Source of the DNA: Halocafeteria seosinensis
Lineage: Eukaryota
Assembly (NCBI GenBank): GCA_001687465.1
Contig: LVLI01000035.1
Span: forward strand, 62,001 to 126,000
Direction of reading: 5' to 3'
DNA: 64,000 bases
Of the stretch, positions 36,901 through 51,900 are shown in pieces. Position numbers and translations under genes: made by a program. Every line of letters begins with the position of its first letter. The first letter of the stretch is position 1. The notes under the pieces are model-generated. The model saw only the letters and a program-made list of their open reading frames with translations, was not told where the DNA came from and ran no database searches.

Positions 36901-39900
36901 TTTCAACATTCCCAATGACTTTCAACCGTTGACCTGTGAATTGAATGGACGAAATTTCCCAGTGCACCGCACCGATGATGACTTTGTTTCATGTTTTGTT
37001 CTTCCAACCAACAATGGCCCTCAGTTACTCAATCTGTTGGACGTTGCGAGAGTTCGGAATTTAAGTGTCAATGTAAGTGTGACTGATGCCAACGTGGTGA
37101 CCGAGAATAGGTTTCTCAGTGCGTTCGATGGTGGTTCACCTGTGGATGTGCTAATGGATGAAACTCTGCGGCCTGAAGAAAGCTTGCATTGTGGTTTTAT
37201 TCTTGACGGGAGACCTATATTCACTGATAGTACTGCGAGGGGAAATTTAGCAACTTGCCTTACACCCACTTATATGGGGCCATCAGGAGTTACATCGCGG
37301 GTAGTTGAAGGCTTTCTCTACGAGAAGATTGCCAATCGGAGATTTTCCGAATTTTCTGTGGATTACGTCCGGCTTCCGGCAATTACTGATGTATTTCCTC
37401 GGACGATTTCAGAGAGTGGCGACTGGATATACGTTTCCGTGGATATGGAAATTAATCAAGCCTTTCGGTATCGTTGTTGCCACGAAGCGGAGACATCGTT
37501 TTCATGTGGAGGACGTGTGCTTCTCGTTGGGATGCGCATTTTGGTGTGTAAACTGTCACCACTCTTTACGAGTGGGGAACTGAACAGAGATTTGAGTCTG
37601 CGCCTGTGTGTGGAAGAAATATGCGGACCACCATTGCAGCGAGCCTTTTCCTACTCACCTCACCCCTGGGTGCACAGTTTGAACTTTGGATTTATGTTCA
37701 GTAGCACCGTAGGAGTCATCTCTGCGGAGCTTCACAATCCGGTTGTCCATCGGCCGTATGAATGCCTTGTAGATGGGAGAGTAGTGACAGCTACTTTACA
37801 AGCATCTGGGGTTATTGTGTGCCAACATTCGTTCAGTGAAGGTAATTCATCCCTCGCTTTTCTTCAGGCAGGTGAGCCCATCTCAGCACAATTTACGTTT
37901 CCTGTTTATCGTAAGGACATCTACAAGGATGTATCCCCGCGTGTAACTTTCTTAGAAAATGGTGTTATATGGGTCAATGTCACCGCATATCTTAGGCATG
38001 ATCTTCATGAAAGTAATTTCTGTCTCTTGACTGACGTTCAGGGGGAACGGAGAACTTGGCATTTGGACGGGTGTGCTGGGATATACCGCTCCTGCATTTC
38101 TGTGAACAAGACTAGCCCTTTGACAGTGAAAACTTACATCGTTGATTGCCTTAGTAATATTGGATCGATGTCTTTAGGGATCCCCATGGAAATATTTGAC
38201 CCATTAAAAGTTCGACACCTGCGAATTGCTTCCGTGAGTGAATCTCTGCACCATATCCGTTTCACATTAGAAGGAGGACGACAGCAGACTGCCTGGCTGA
38301 AGTGCCTTGTTGAATTCCGCACTTCGGGTGTTAAGGTTTATGGAAATATTTTGATGTCCTCGGACTACGTTTGTGAGGTCCCCATTTTGGAACCCGGATT
38401 ATATGCGGTACAAGTCGTAGATGCGGAATTTGAGCATTCGTCCAACAAAGTAAATTTTGAAATTCATATGGAAGCAGTTGTGCAACAAATGGTTCCGTCG
38501 GAAATACCGAGGAACCTAAGGTCTACAATTAGGCTTGTTGGAAGTGGATTTCGTATAGATGAGTTGTCGTTGTGCAAGTTTTCCGCTGCGGTAGGGGAAA
38601 GCCTGAACGCGCGGGAACGAATCAAATTTGCCAACTCAAGTGTTATCCAGTGCAGTACTCCGGACTTTTCTCGGTTCAAGCCTAGCCGTGTTGTTGTCAG
38701 CGTGGTTAACAGTCAAGGAGAAGAGGCTTTAGTTGGGGGAACTTTGTTGTTAGCAGATAGCGTAAACTTTGAAAGCATGATGCCTTTGAATATTCTTGTT
38801 GACCATCCTATTGCGATCGTTGTTGTTGGATCGGGCTTTCGCCCCGATTATTCGCTCAACTCCGTCGTCGGATCGATCATGTCTCAGAAGGTGTTCAATA
38901 GTTCTCATATGCAAGCTTGGATGAAGGTTGGGGCAGAAGAGCCAGTCACGAGCACAGCGGAAATTACTCTGAAAATTCCTGATTGCGTTGAAGGGTTTCA
39001 TGTAGGATTCCTTGGAATACGGCCTGAGTGCCGAATTATGAGCGTCGAGCCTCCAATCATCGTGAACCATTTAACTCAAGAAATATTTCTGATTATTAGC
39101 GGTGTTTTTCCCTTCGATGAACCTCTTTGTCATTTTGGAGACACGCCCGTGTATTCTTCGAGATCAGTTGCTGGCGGCCTTGCATGTAACGTACCAAGGT
39201 TAATGGCGGGCCATGTTCCGTTAAGAGTCAGTCTCGGAAACTATCTTTTTTGCGAAGAGCAACGAGTCCTTGTTGTTGAGCCTATTCATTTCTCTATGCA
39301 AACTCCCATATCTCTGCTTTGTGTTCGCGACAGCGCAATTACTGTTACTGTTTCACTTGACGAGCCCGGGGAAGAACACTTTCCGCTGGTCGCTTCACTT
39401 GCGTACCACAAAGTGTTTTGTTTCTTTGAGAGCAGCATGGAAGTAGTCTGTACAATCCGATGGAATAAATGTGAATTTGGAGCAGCATATGGCCTTAGTA
39501 TGGGATATACTGCCCAAACATTGCAATTGGCGTCCACTGTGACAGTGATCCCGACGGTGCAAGTGGTCGGAATAGAGCCTTCTGGTATATTTTGCTCCAG
39601 GGAGAATTCATTGAATGTTACGACTGCCGAACCTATTCCGATGGATATAGTTTGCAGATTTCGTTGGAGAAGTCAAGTAGAGATTCGGAATGCTGTGCAA
39701 ATATCCTCGACTAAAGTCTTATGTGTCTTCGACACGTCAATGATTTGCGGGCTATTTTACCTGGGCCTAATGTATGATGGCCTCCTCATCTCCCCTGAAA
39801 TGACTGTGCCGGTCAACAGGGAGCCCATTGTTGACAATTGGATACCTCGAAGTATAATATTGGGCACACTGAATACGTTTCACATTGTGGGACGACATTT

Positions 39901-42900
39901 TTCGGGTTCTCAGACGTTCGTATGTCTGTTGGACTCCAGCCGGTTCCCCGGCTACGTTGTCCATGAAGCGGAAGTAGTCTGTCAGGTGCAGATCAACGTA
40001 ACAGGCACAAACATGCTCAAATTAGAAATATCGTCTACTCGTTTGCTCAATGTGGGGAAAGTCAACGTGTTTCACCGTCTCACTGATGCGGTTTCGTTCG
40101 CTGAGCATGGGTCTACTCGAACCACCGTAAGCATAGTAAGCGTCAGCGCCGCTTCTCTAGCATCTTTTGATTCGCAAATGTTGTTTTGCCGAATAAATAA
40201 AGAGTTGGTTAAGGCAGAAGTTCGTCGTACCAAGGCAAATGTCACGTTTCTGTGCAATACTGCCCTATTGCAGCCAGATGTTATTGCTGTTGAGGTTGTT
40301 TCTTCAGAGGGGATCCCTTGGACTAATCTTGCAGCGTTGCAGTATGATCCGTCGATTGTTTCCGTTTCTCCCAATATAGTGCTGAAATCTGTAACGTTAA
40401 CTGTTGCGGTGCAGCTGGATACATCGTCATTCTATGTGGAGCAGTGCAGGTGGATAAGTAGCACGTCTGAGCGAAACACCAGAGCTACAATTGCTGGACA
40501 GCGTTCTGTTTTGTGCGATGTTCCATTGCACTACGATGGAGAAGGTGCATACGTGAGCGTTGTAGGAGGTAACCGTCGGTCCTCGAAGGCATATGTGGGA
40601 ATACAACTTCCATTTCAAGTGTCATCGATACACCCTTCCTTCCTTGTAGCTGGGGTCGCGACAGATATAACTCTTTACGGAAGTCATTTGGATATAAACG
40701 ATTCTTATCATTGTCTAGTTGGAGAGCGGCGGTACAGAACGCGTGCAAATACCGAGGATACTTTGGTATGTGAAGGTGTGTTAATCGACAAGGGATCTGG
40801 AGAATCATTCAGGATGTTGGTATTCTCAGAAAATGGTATGGCGACACTTCCGATCAGTGAAGAGAACGCCACTTTGCAAGTATGGGAGATGGTTCGTCTT
40901 GATACTATGGAACTGTCTGTGGTCTCTTCAAGAGAATTTGAACTGGAGTTCGATGTGTCACTGTTCTCGGTGTCCTTTGTCATGTTCGTTCGTTCGTTCG
41001 AAGAAACAGCGCTGCATTGTCGTTTATTTCTTGGGAACTCAACTGTGGTGTACACACCAGCGATATTCAGGGGATCGCGCAATGAGTTCGTGTGCAATGT
41101 GCGTTACGTATATGCAGGAAAATCGCTAGTGGTCACGTTGTTGCTGGATGGGCAGGAAGTTTCGAACTCTGTTGAAATCCGACATCGAAATGCAATCATT
41201 CAACGTCTTATTCCTCCGATTTTTGTTCATGGTTCAACGAGAACCATCCAAATCGAATTTTCTAGTGTCACTACGTCACCTAGTATTTCGGAATGTCAGG
41301 TTAGGGATCGAAATGGCGTTATTCTGCTTTCAACAAAGAATGTAACTATGGAGAATAATGTTGGATATTGCAGTGGCTTGGTTCCGTCCGTCCCTTCCTC
41401 TACCCGCTCCGGGATGCATGAGCTACGCCTGGAATCCGATGGAACTTTAATCTCTTCAACCATGATAAGGGTTATATCAAATAGTTTGAAGGCCGTTTTC
41501 CTACACACAGCCGACTATGATGGGCGGAAGTATGCCATCATTTCGACGAATGTGGGGACTGAGGTAGATTCGCTGTACTGTCATGCGGGTAACTTCGTTG
41601 CAGAAGTACCTATTGGATTAGATGGACGACTTGCTTGCCCATTGAACGTAGATTTATCTCCACTCGACCCCTATGTCGGCGTAAGCTACAACAGTTTTGA
41701 TCCCGCAATCGTTCACGTTCAATTTGCGCGACTGCTTGTGGTTTACGTGGGTGATAGAATCGTGATTGCAGGGGAGAGTGTAGCAGCGGACTTTTCCGTG
41801 TTGGATGAGGGATTGGAAGGGCCGATGAAATGCGTGGTATGCAGAAGAGATGGCTCTGTTGTGAGCTATTTCAAAGCCCATATTTCTGATACGCTTGTTA
41901 AGTGTTCAGGGAGGATTAGCGTTGCTTACTTGCGCTCAGGAGAGTACGTCGACATCAAGTTAGTTAACACACAGGGAATTGTATCTGTCGGGGAAGCAAC
42001 CTACCATCCCAGGGTAAGCATTGATGTGTGCTCTCCCGACCTTTTGTTGGCTAACCACACGCAACAGCTTCTCCTCTCTTTGAGCAATACTTTGAATTCT
42101 TCCGTATTTCGATACTCCCTCGAACGAGTAGATAAGCGAAATGCAACTGGAAACCATGTTTTTGCAACAGAAATATGGAACAGCACGGCGATTTTTGATA
42201 TACCCGACTTTCTTTTAGGAAACGACAAACCAGGCACATGCCTACCAAGGACGAGTAAATGGAATATCAACGTCCATCTGGATGGAACTAACCACAGTGC
42301 AACATTAGTTTCCAACATAGGCGTCGCAGTACTTCCTATGCCTAAGGTAGTCAGGGCAGTGACAACGGCAGAGGATGCCCGCACATCGAGGTTTGAAATC
42401 CGCGCAAGTTGCTTGCCTTGGCACATACCGATATCGTGCGTACTGGGACGGTCTCGCTATGCGCGCTTCGTAGTAGACTCCCATGAAATGGGCCACTGCT
42501 CGTTTTCAGATGTGGAGGATTTCTCGATGCAGTTCTTGTCGCTTTCTTTACTAATAAATTCCCAGGTTATAATAAGGCTTCCCGCAATGGCTCCCTTGGT
42601 GCGACACACCCGCGTTGTCCGGGCAATTCCCGACAGATTTCCGCAAGGAAGCAAAGGAAATGTCCGTCTAGAAATTGAGGGGTTAAATTGGAACACTGAA
42701 AGGTTCTGTACCTTTACGCACCTGAAAGAGAATTCGAGTGTTATTGAGAGCTCTGTGGCATCTTTTGATGGAGCGAGTGCCTATTGCTTACAACCCCATT
42801 TTGGTGAGATTGGGCGGTACCATGTAACCATCCAGGGAATGCAAGGGAGACTGACTAGCTCCACTGCCACCGTTATAGTAGATCCTCCAGTCACCGTCTA

Positions 42901-45900
42901 CTCAGTGTTTCCGAATCTGCTTTATGCAAGTATTCGGCAGCATCTTTTTATCAGTGGAGATAATCTTGATTCGTTGAAGGATCCTGTTTGTCAAATTGAT
43001 TCGATGGAATTCCCTGCCACTGTCGTGAACGCCTCTGTTGCGACATGTCATGTGCTGGTTTCTAGTGTTAGCCGTGGCGACATGAGCAAGAGCGCATTGC
43101 TCTCACTTAAGATGCAACATCTTTTAACTTGTGTGGGTTCGCTACGATTGACCGTTGTCCGACTACCTCGGATTAATGGAGTAATTCCTGCGGAGACGTA
43201 CACAGACAGTAGCTCGTCTCTCCGACTGGTCGGGGAAGATTTTTTCGATTCTAGTCTTCTTCTGTGTAGGTTTGGCGATTTGCGCCCGTCTCCTGGTCGC
43301 TATATTTCGGTTAACGCTATTGAATGTGCGGTGCCATCGGAGAGCCGGTTAACAAGACTTCTGGCGTCGTTTAGCAACAACGGTGAAACATTTATCAATT
43401 CAACATCAACAGTATGGATCAGACCACGCAGGGCTCTTTCTGGGTTGCACCCTCAATTTGGTCCTATAACTGGTGACAGCATTGTGACCGTCAGTGGTAG
43501 CGGTCTAGGCGCTCTTGTGGAACGGAACATCTTCTGCAGTTTTGGGGATAAACTTGTGAAAGCGGAGTTGGTGTCGCGCGATGTGGACTCTGGAGTAAGG
43601 TGCCCATCTCCGAATGTGCCACGCGAAATGACGGTATCTGTTGGACTCCTCATCAAGGATTTTGGGGAGGGTGTTCAATACCAGTTAAAGGGAAATTTGT
43701 CGTTTACATACTTGCCGCCAATTAAACTCTTTTCAATTTCTCCGTCTAGTGGATCTACTCAGGGCGGCAGCCTAGTGGTGTTGGTTGGCACAGGTTTCGT
43801 TCCCGGGGAATTTCTCAGGGTCAGGGTTACATCAGTTTACTCCAATATGACTGATGGTAGCTTGACAACCCCGCGAGTAGCAACACGGAATAGGCTTGAG
43901 TTTTCGATGCCACGGAATCCGCTTGGAAACATTAAATCTGTGGCTCTAGTGTCGGTGTCTAATAACAAAGTAGATTATGAAGATGACATATTGTTTGTAT
44001 ACTTATCAGAAATGCGGGTTCTTGGAATCGTCCCGCAAGAAGCAACGGCCGGAATGGCTACGGAGATAACTGTCCGTGGGGAAAATTTTGGAGCGGCTCC
44101 TCCACCGACTATATTCTGTGGCATCGGTTTTGATTCAGTTGTGGCTGGACTCTGGGTCTCCGAGGATATGATACAGTGTAGTGTACCACCCTTGCAGCAA
44201 TGGACTAGAGCTGCAAGGATATCGGTGTCCACGGACGGTACGAACTTTACAGAGAGTGGAGCGGAAATTCTGGTAAAGCCTTCTCCTATAATCAGTAGCA
44301 TGCATCCTATGAAAGGCCCTAGTAATGGTGGTACTTTAATTGTATTTTTCGGTTTAAACCTTTTTCAGGACCTGAGTATGTTTTGTCTGTTTAGTCCGCT
44401 TCATGCAAGCGACAATAATGTGTCTTCACCGGCGATGGTGCGCACACCGGAAACAATAGAGTGCCGGAGCCCCGCAGGTGTGCCTCCTGGAACAGTGTTT
44501 GAGGTTACAATTGTTACGTTATCCACCAAAGCGTCATTACGTGTGGCAGATGCTAACAGTGACGTGGATGTTAGCCCTGTGGAAGCCGAGAACATCGTGC
44601 TTCAACGCAAGCGGTTCACTTTTTCCTACGTATTCCCGCCTCAAATTTCGGAAATAGCACCTTCGATTCTCTTTGCGGGCCGGGCGTTAGTCACTGTCTT
44701 TGGAACCGCATTCTCCTCCGGTATTACATTGATGTGCCGTTTTACAAGCACAGAACGGCAGGACATATCGCAGGCGTTTTTTATAAACTCAAGTGTATGT
44801 ATTTGTTCTATTCCTGCTGTCGCCAGGTCAGAGCCTGTAGCTTTCAATGCTGAGGTTACTACTAATGGGGTTGACTGGTCAGGCGACAACACAGTCCTCA
44901 TCGTTTTTCCCCCGATTAAAATTAAGTATGTGTCTCCAATGTCGGGCCCAGCCGATGGGGGTTATTTAATCACAATTGGTGTAGATATTGATGTCGGCAC
45001 TCTTCCTTCGCTTTACTGCGTCTTTGGCATGGATCACTTTGTAGAGGTGTCCGAAATGGTCGGGAACTCTGTGCTATGTGAGGTACCGAATTTGGAGAAG
45101 AAAATCGCGGTTGGCCCGAGACTGTTTGTTCGCGTTTCTTTATCATTGACTGATGGACAGGTACTTGAACAGGCTGCTCTTTTCGAAGTCACCTCACAAC
45201 CTAGTCTGCATTCCGTGACCCCGACCCAGTTCTTTGCCGGGTCATTCACTACAGTCGTAGTCACTGGCTCCAACTTGTTACCCGAATTGCAGCTCTTCTG
45301 CGTCTTCACCCGGGGAGACTGGCTAAAACGTGGAACTCCATCGGTAGAGGTCGCCGCAAAAGGGGATAACAGCACGCACAGAATGTGCAGTGTTCCACCA
45401 TTGATAGAAGGCTCATATAGACTATATGTGTCTGACTCTTTCCGTCGTTCGATCCTGACTTTCGAACGAGACTTGCGCACGCCTTTAAACGTTTCAAGCA
45501 GTCCGTTCGGACTTATGATTGAAACCGTGGTATTCCCGCAACCACGGATAGCGGCGGTCGAACCTCCAATGATTTCGCCCGCGTTGGAGACTGAAGTGTC
45601 AGTATTGGTAGATCGGATAGAGCCCCTTCCTACTTTTTGCGGCATTTGGTGCGCTCCCTGTAATCCGGAGAGTGTTGTTACTGTTGTTGCTATCAGTAGC
45701 CAAGGCGATGTCTTGCAGTGCACGATTCCTAAGAGACGTAACTTGTGTACGGAGAGCGATGCGGAACGTCTACATGTCCAGATACTTTCCTCTCCCTATC
45801 AAGTTGCAGATATCGAGCAGTCTGTTCTGCTTGAGTATGTCAGGGTACCCACACTTTTCAGCCTGACTCCTCACAGAGGGGCTAGGGACAGTGGGGGAGA

Positions 45901-48900
45901 GGTGCATGTTGGAGGCTCGGGCTTCCAGAATCTTCCTAGCCTGACTTGTATGTTTACAGGCGTGCTCTCTAATGCTTCGGTCAGATTTAGCCAGGCTAAG
46001 TTTGTGGATCAATCGAACGTAGTGTGTCCGGTTATGCCGGGATCGGGAACCGACGACGTTTTCGAAGTCCAGATAGAAGGGTCTGCCGCTGTGCCTGCAT
46101 TACAAGAAGTCACTGTTGGTGCTACGAATCGCACTTTGGAAGTTCAAGAGGTATCAATCGCCTGGATTGCGTTACAAAATGAGTCCCACATTATACGGCT
46201 TAATTCTTTGAGCAGACACTGTAGCATTGTGGATTTCTTCACGCTACATGTTGGTGTTCTCACGTTTCATCTCCGAAAGGATTTTAAGACTGCTGATTTA
46301 TGGAAACACCTTGCTTCCGCGCATGAGAATGAAAACGTTAGAGTTGATGTCGAAAGTGAAGCGTTTATAGTGTCATATCCTCTAGATATCGACAACCCTC
46401 CGCTACCTTTCATCCGACCTAACAAACCGTGCGCTAAGCCAGTGGACTTGCACTTTGCCGTGCGAACGCGCCGGATTCACCCGATGGTTCAACGTGTTAG
46501 GCAGACGTGCGGATCCCTCATTGTGGGAGGTACTTTCTGCTTGCGATATGAAAGTATGAGCACGGGAAGACTTCCCTGGAATGTTACGGCATCTAGAATT
46601 CAGATGGAAATTGAAAATTCTTTGGCACTGGGGAAAGTCGCTGTTTCTGTCGCCGGCCGAACGATAAACTTGGGCTTCGTATGGGATATCACTTTCCTCG
46701 AGCAGGCTGGAGAAATTGCCCCCTTGCACGCTCAATCAGACCTTAAATGCTCTAGCACGGGCGATGGAAGTGTAGATATCTTCACACAGAAAAGTGCTGA
46801 CTCGAAAGCACCGGCGTACAACGACACGATTGTCCTTTCGTATGAAGGAGCTCAACTCGGTCCCTTTAATTTTAGTTCCACGGCTGCCGACGTGGAGCTT
46901 GCATTCAGCCAGACGTTGGGTGTTGTAACTGTTTCACGGAAAAGAGATCCCCTAGCTCTCACCTTTTCCATAACATTTACCCATAACATCTCTGTGGTTG
47001 ATGGGTGTCAGCCCATCAGTTTTGGAAGAGGCCGTAAAAGTCTTCTCTCCATTGCAATAATAACTAGTGCAACTCAGGCCACCAGTGAAGTAACTCGAAA
47101 GCAGCAAGAGGTCTCGTTGGACGGATTTTGGAAGCTGCAATCGAGTTTAGGACCGAGCTTCCCTCTGCGATGGAATGCAACTGCGATGGAGGTACGCATA
47201 GCTGCCCTTGATGTTACCGGTCTACGCCCTTCCCAAATAAGCGTGTCACGACAAAACAGCTTGTTCTCCAATTCTTTCTCATGGTTTATCAAAATGCATG
47301 ACTTGGAGATGGATGTCTCGCCTTTTATCATAGATTCCTCTTTGCTGGGCGTCGGTTTAAGCGCTTCAGTGACGGTCTTAGAGAGCCGTCCAGTACCGCT
47401 TCGAGGCAATTTTTCGCTCGAAGTGGAGCAGACTGCACCAGATGCTACCAGGTCTGTTGCAGTTTCAATTCCCGTGAACTCTCAACCTGAGGATGTGGAA
47501 CACGTATTGGGGAAAGTAAAAGGAATTGGGGGAGTGCGTGTTTCGGCGAATGTGTATAATGATACTAGTATGACATATCAGATCACGTTTTTGCATAGGA
47601 CGCGTGCCTGGAACCCACGGGAACGGACGAATCTCAGGGTGAGTGCGGTATCCTTGTTTGGCGGGCTGAGCAGCATCCTCACCCGGCAAGTATCGGAAGC
47701 TTGCTGTTTAGTCAGAGTCTCGAACGATGGCATTAGTTTCTCGACTGACCATATTCGGTATCTTATGGATGTCACGATGGTCCTCTATGACCTGGTTCCT
47801 TCTTTGGTTTCAAGCATTGGGGGTATGCCCATTGTTGCCTACGTGTCTGGGTTGCCGGATACTCAAGCAGATACTAGCTATTATTGTCGCTTCGAAGGTC
47901 GGGAGGTTCGAGCAAAACTGCTTCCGGACAGAGCAGCTCTAGAATGCATAACACCAGCGCTAGCAGAATCACAAGGCGAAGTGTCTGTCGATATCGTCTT
48001 TTATATTGGGTCTCTGCTGGCAGCGTCGTCTGCAGATCGCTCACCCCCCGCAAGACTCGCTGTCCATGCACCGTTGGCGATATTAACTATTGAACCAAAC
48101 GAAGGCCCTGTTGACCAAGAGACATTATTAATATTGGAGGGTCGTGGTGTGATGAATACCTCGACGCTTCTATGCCGGTTTGAGCTCGTATCCAGGAAAA
48201 CCGTCGTGGTACAAACAGGCAGGGCAAAATTTATGAACCACAACACTATTGCCTGTACGATGCAGCAAAATCGCGGGCTCGTAGATTTAGAAATGCTGGC
48301 AACTGGTCTCAGATGGTTGATATCCTTCAGTAATGACGGACGAACATTCTCTAGTGCTCAACAATTTTTGCAATATCCACCGTTGAACGTCTTGGGTATA
48401 ACGCCATCTTTTGGCCCAGCTCCTGGCAACACACTCGTCACTGTAAGGGGAAGCGATTCGTCTCTGGCAAATTGGAGATTCTGCCATTTTGGAAACACCA
48501 CTTCTCCCGCTATCGTAAGAAACGTGGCTGGACCAGTCCAATGCCGAAGTCCCTCGCTTCCAGAGAACTTGCTGTCACGAGAGGTCCAGCAACTACAGCT
48601 CATTCAACCTCAGCCTAGTTATGCCTCGCAAGAGTTGCTTATCAGTGCCTTTTATCCAATGGACTGCCCTTTTTTTCGCATACAGCGGTTTGGGCATGTG
48701 AGCGAAATCGCTAGCATCAACCGATTCGATAATGCAAGCCATGGTGTTACTGTTCTGAAAAATCTACTACGAACCTTACCTACAATCGACAACGGTTCGA
48801 TACGCGTTTCCTTTCAATCAGTCGAGAGAAGGGCACATGTATCAGTTGACGTAAGACGACTTCTAGTACTTAAGTATCGCCTCGATTGGACTGTGTTTGC

Positions 48901-51900
48901 CGGAGCTCACAGTCTTGTCTCCCTTAATTTCGTGAACGACACCGTTTGTAATGCTAGTCTCGTTACCCGAAAGTCGGGTTCCCTCGCTGGTGTACCTGGT
49001 GAAAGACATGTCATCACCATAAAGCAGCCGATTCCGGCACCTCTGGAGTTTACAGTGGCAGTTCGGCCTTCTCCAAATGAACGTGGTATGCAAGTAATAC
49101 AGATACAGACCAACTCACGAAAGCAAGACTTATCGAGCTGTCTGTGGAACGTCGGTTGCTTTGGAGTTTCGATTTTACCAGGTTTCCTACTTCCTGCTTC
49201 AGCTTCCCCGGAGAATGTGAAGTCTGCTATTGATTCTCTCGGCTGCACTGGACCAGTCTCCGTTACTAAAGACGTCCGGGAAGTGTCCAACTCTACGTTG
49301 ACTACATTTGAAGTAGTTGCATTGAACGCTGGTCCGTTCCCACTGCTTGACCTTTTTGTCTCGAATTCCTCATTTGTGCAGGATCACTCGGTGACTATGG
49401 TAAAGAATGGCTCTGAAATAATCCAAGGGAGTGTGACTCTCCGAATGAATGAGTCCTCGAGTCTACCACTGCCCATCTCGTCTTCGAGTCGCGAATGGGA
49501 GAAGTTACTCATGCAATCATTTCCAGGCGCTGGGAGAATTGAAGTTTCTCAAACAAAGGTCGATAGAGAAGAACTTGACTGGAGGGTAACGTTTACTAAT
49601 GTTCGTGCCACTAGAAATACTACTTCAATATCTCTTGAAAAAGGGCCAATGAGTGCATCCTTAAAATTGCATTCACGCGAAACAGTACCTTTATCCGGAT
49701 CAGTAAAATTATCCTTCGGCAGCCAAGAGTGCTCGGAGACAGTGCCACTTGGGGCTCAGCCTGCTGAATTGTTTGCTATTTTTAGGACCTTCTTTTCTTC
49801 TTGTGGTTCAAATGCCCGAGACCGATTTGACATAGATGTCGCAGTGCGTCCAAGCGAGCATCACATATTGTGGGAGATAGGTTATCCACCAGAATTTGGA
49901 AAGATAGCACCGTTGAACGTATCAAAGCAAGATGCCTTAGGAAACAGGTTATTGTTCGGAACTGATGCTGAGGTAGCAATTGACCAAGTAAGTATAGGCA
50001 CCTGGGAGGAAGCTTCGGGCTCCTTTTCCCTCTTAAACCCTGCTTCAAATTCTTCTGTATTTGTGAGCACGCTGCGGCCGTCTGCAAGTGTGTTGGTTGA
50101 AGGAATCCGCAACTTGTTTGAGGAACCGTTTGTTGACGTTACGGAAACTCCTAATTGCTCGCCTAAAGCTTCACTGTGCCATTGGAACATTTCATTTACA
50201 GGGAGGAACAGACATCCGTTACCCCGTATTGTAAACGAAACGCTCAATGGTGGAACTTCCCTCAGGATTCGCCGAGTGGTTTCCAATTCTGGCCATATTA
50301 TACCATTTGGGATTTCTACCAACGTCCAGAATACCCATTTCTCTCCCATTGGATTTACATATATCCAGAATCCTCTAGGAACACCTCGTTTATCTCCCCT
50401 CTTTGGAAGTACGGAAGGAAACACTGCCATAAGCGTGTCGCTGAACTTTGGTTCTAACATTTCTCCAGGATCGCTGCAGTTAGATTTCTCGAAAGCGCTC
50501 TGCAAATTTGGCCGGAGAATAGTTAAGGCGTCTGTTAACTCGTCGTCGAGCAACGAGGACGTGTTCCTCTGTAACAGTCCGAAGGGGGAGCCTTACACCG
50601 CTGTTCCTGTCCAGGTTTCTTACAACGGTCAAGATTGGTTGCCTGCTACGGACGAAGATTCCCCTCAATTTGTATACTCTTCGCCCCCGATGGGATTCAC
50701 TATGTACCCCAACAGTGGGGTGGTGAGTGGAGGTACCCCGGTGCGCTTGCGGGGTCTCAATCTTCTCGTGGTGAATGGAACCTGTGTTCCTAGCGAGAGT
50801 GTGCGTAACATATCGAATTTGACGGTATCATGGAATAGCTCATGTAATATGCCCACTGGCCATGCTGCAATCCCGAGTTCCGCTATTTCGGCATGGTTTG
50901 GGGCACACAGGGTGACAGAATTTGTCTTCCCTGAAAACGGTGACCTTCGTATCGTATCCTCAACCCCGACGCAACGGATTTATTTCATCAATGAGCTTCT
51001 TGTGCTCTCTCCTGCTGTAGAAGCTGCGGCGAATGTCTCAGTGGGTATTTCTACGAATTTTATTGACTTCTGGGCCAGTGAACGTATGTTTGAATATTAC
51101 CAGCCTCCTGTAATACAAGAAATAGTTCCGGCTTCAGGCCCGGTATATGGAGGTACTTCAGTTCTTATAACTGGGAGTAACATCCGTGATCTTGGATTTC
51201 CTAAATGTGCGTTCTACGCTCGGGATGATGTGCCTGTGCTCGCCGCCGCTACTGTTAGTGATGATGAAAGAGCTTCTTGCGTAATTCCATCGTTCACTGA
51301 AGGGTTTGTTTTGCTAACTGTCGAGCTCAGTCTGCATCCCGCTTTAGTGGAAGATATGAGAAATATCCCCCCAAGAGTAACGGTGTCTCAGTTCAATTTA
51401 GGCCCTCCGGTTGCCGTGAATATAGGTTACCGTCTAACTTTGATGTCGGCGTGTCAACGGAGCGTTAGCGCTTGCAGCCATCATTGTCCACCCCATGTGA
51501 GCTCTCCCCTGATTCTCGCTGGAATGAGTACCTCAAAAGTAACGGAAGAGATGCAGCAATTGCAAAATTATTGGTTGTCTAGAGGCTGTTTCTACTCGTT
51601 TCCGGAATTTAGCAGTACGACTACCATTACTAGGAGTAGTCCGTCAACGTTAGAGTGGAAATTCCTTTTTCGTGGCTTCGAAGAACCGGCAGTCGAAGAT
51701 GATGGGGCCTCAAGATACGACTTGTTTTCTATAAGAAGTAATATTCAGGTAGTTTCGGACCCACCTACGTTGGCCGTTGGATTTTCTTCCAATGGTATTG
51801 ACATTGCATCCTCCACTATAGAGTTTGCTTTGGATCCCGTCGTTGAAGTACTAGAATTGATTCCTCACCATGGCCCAAAGTCTGGTGGCACGGTTATCAC

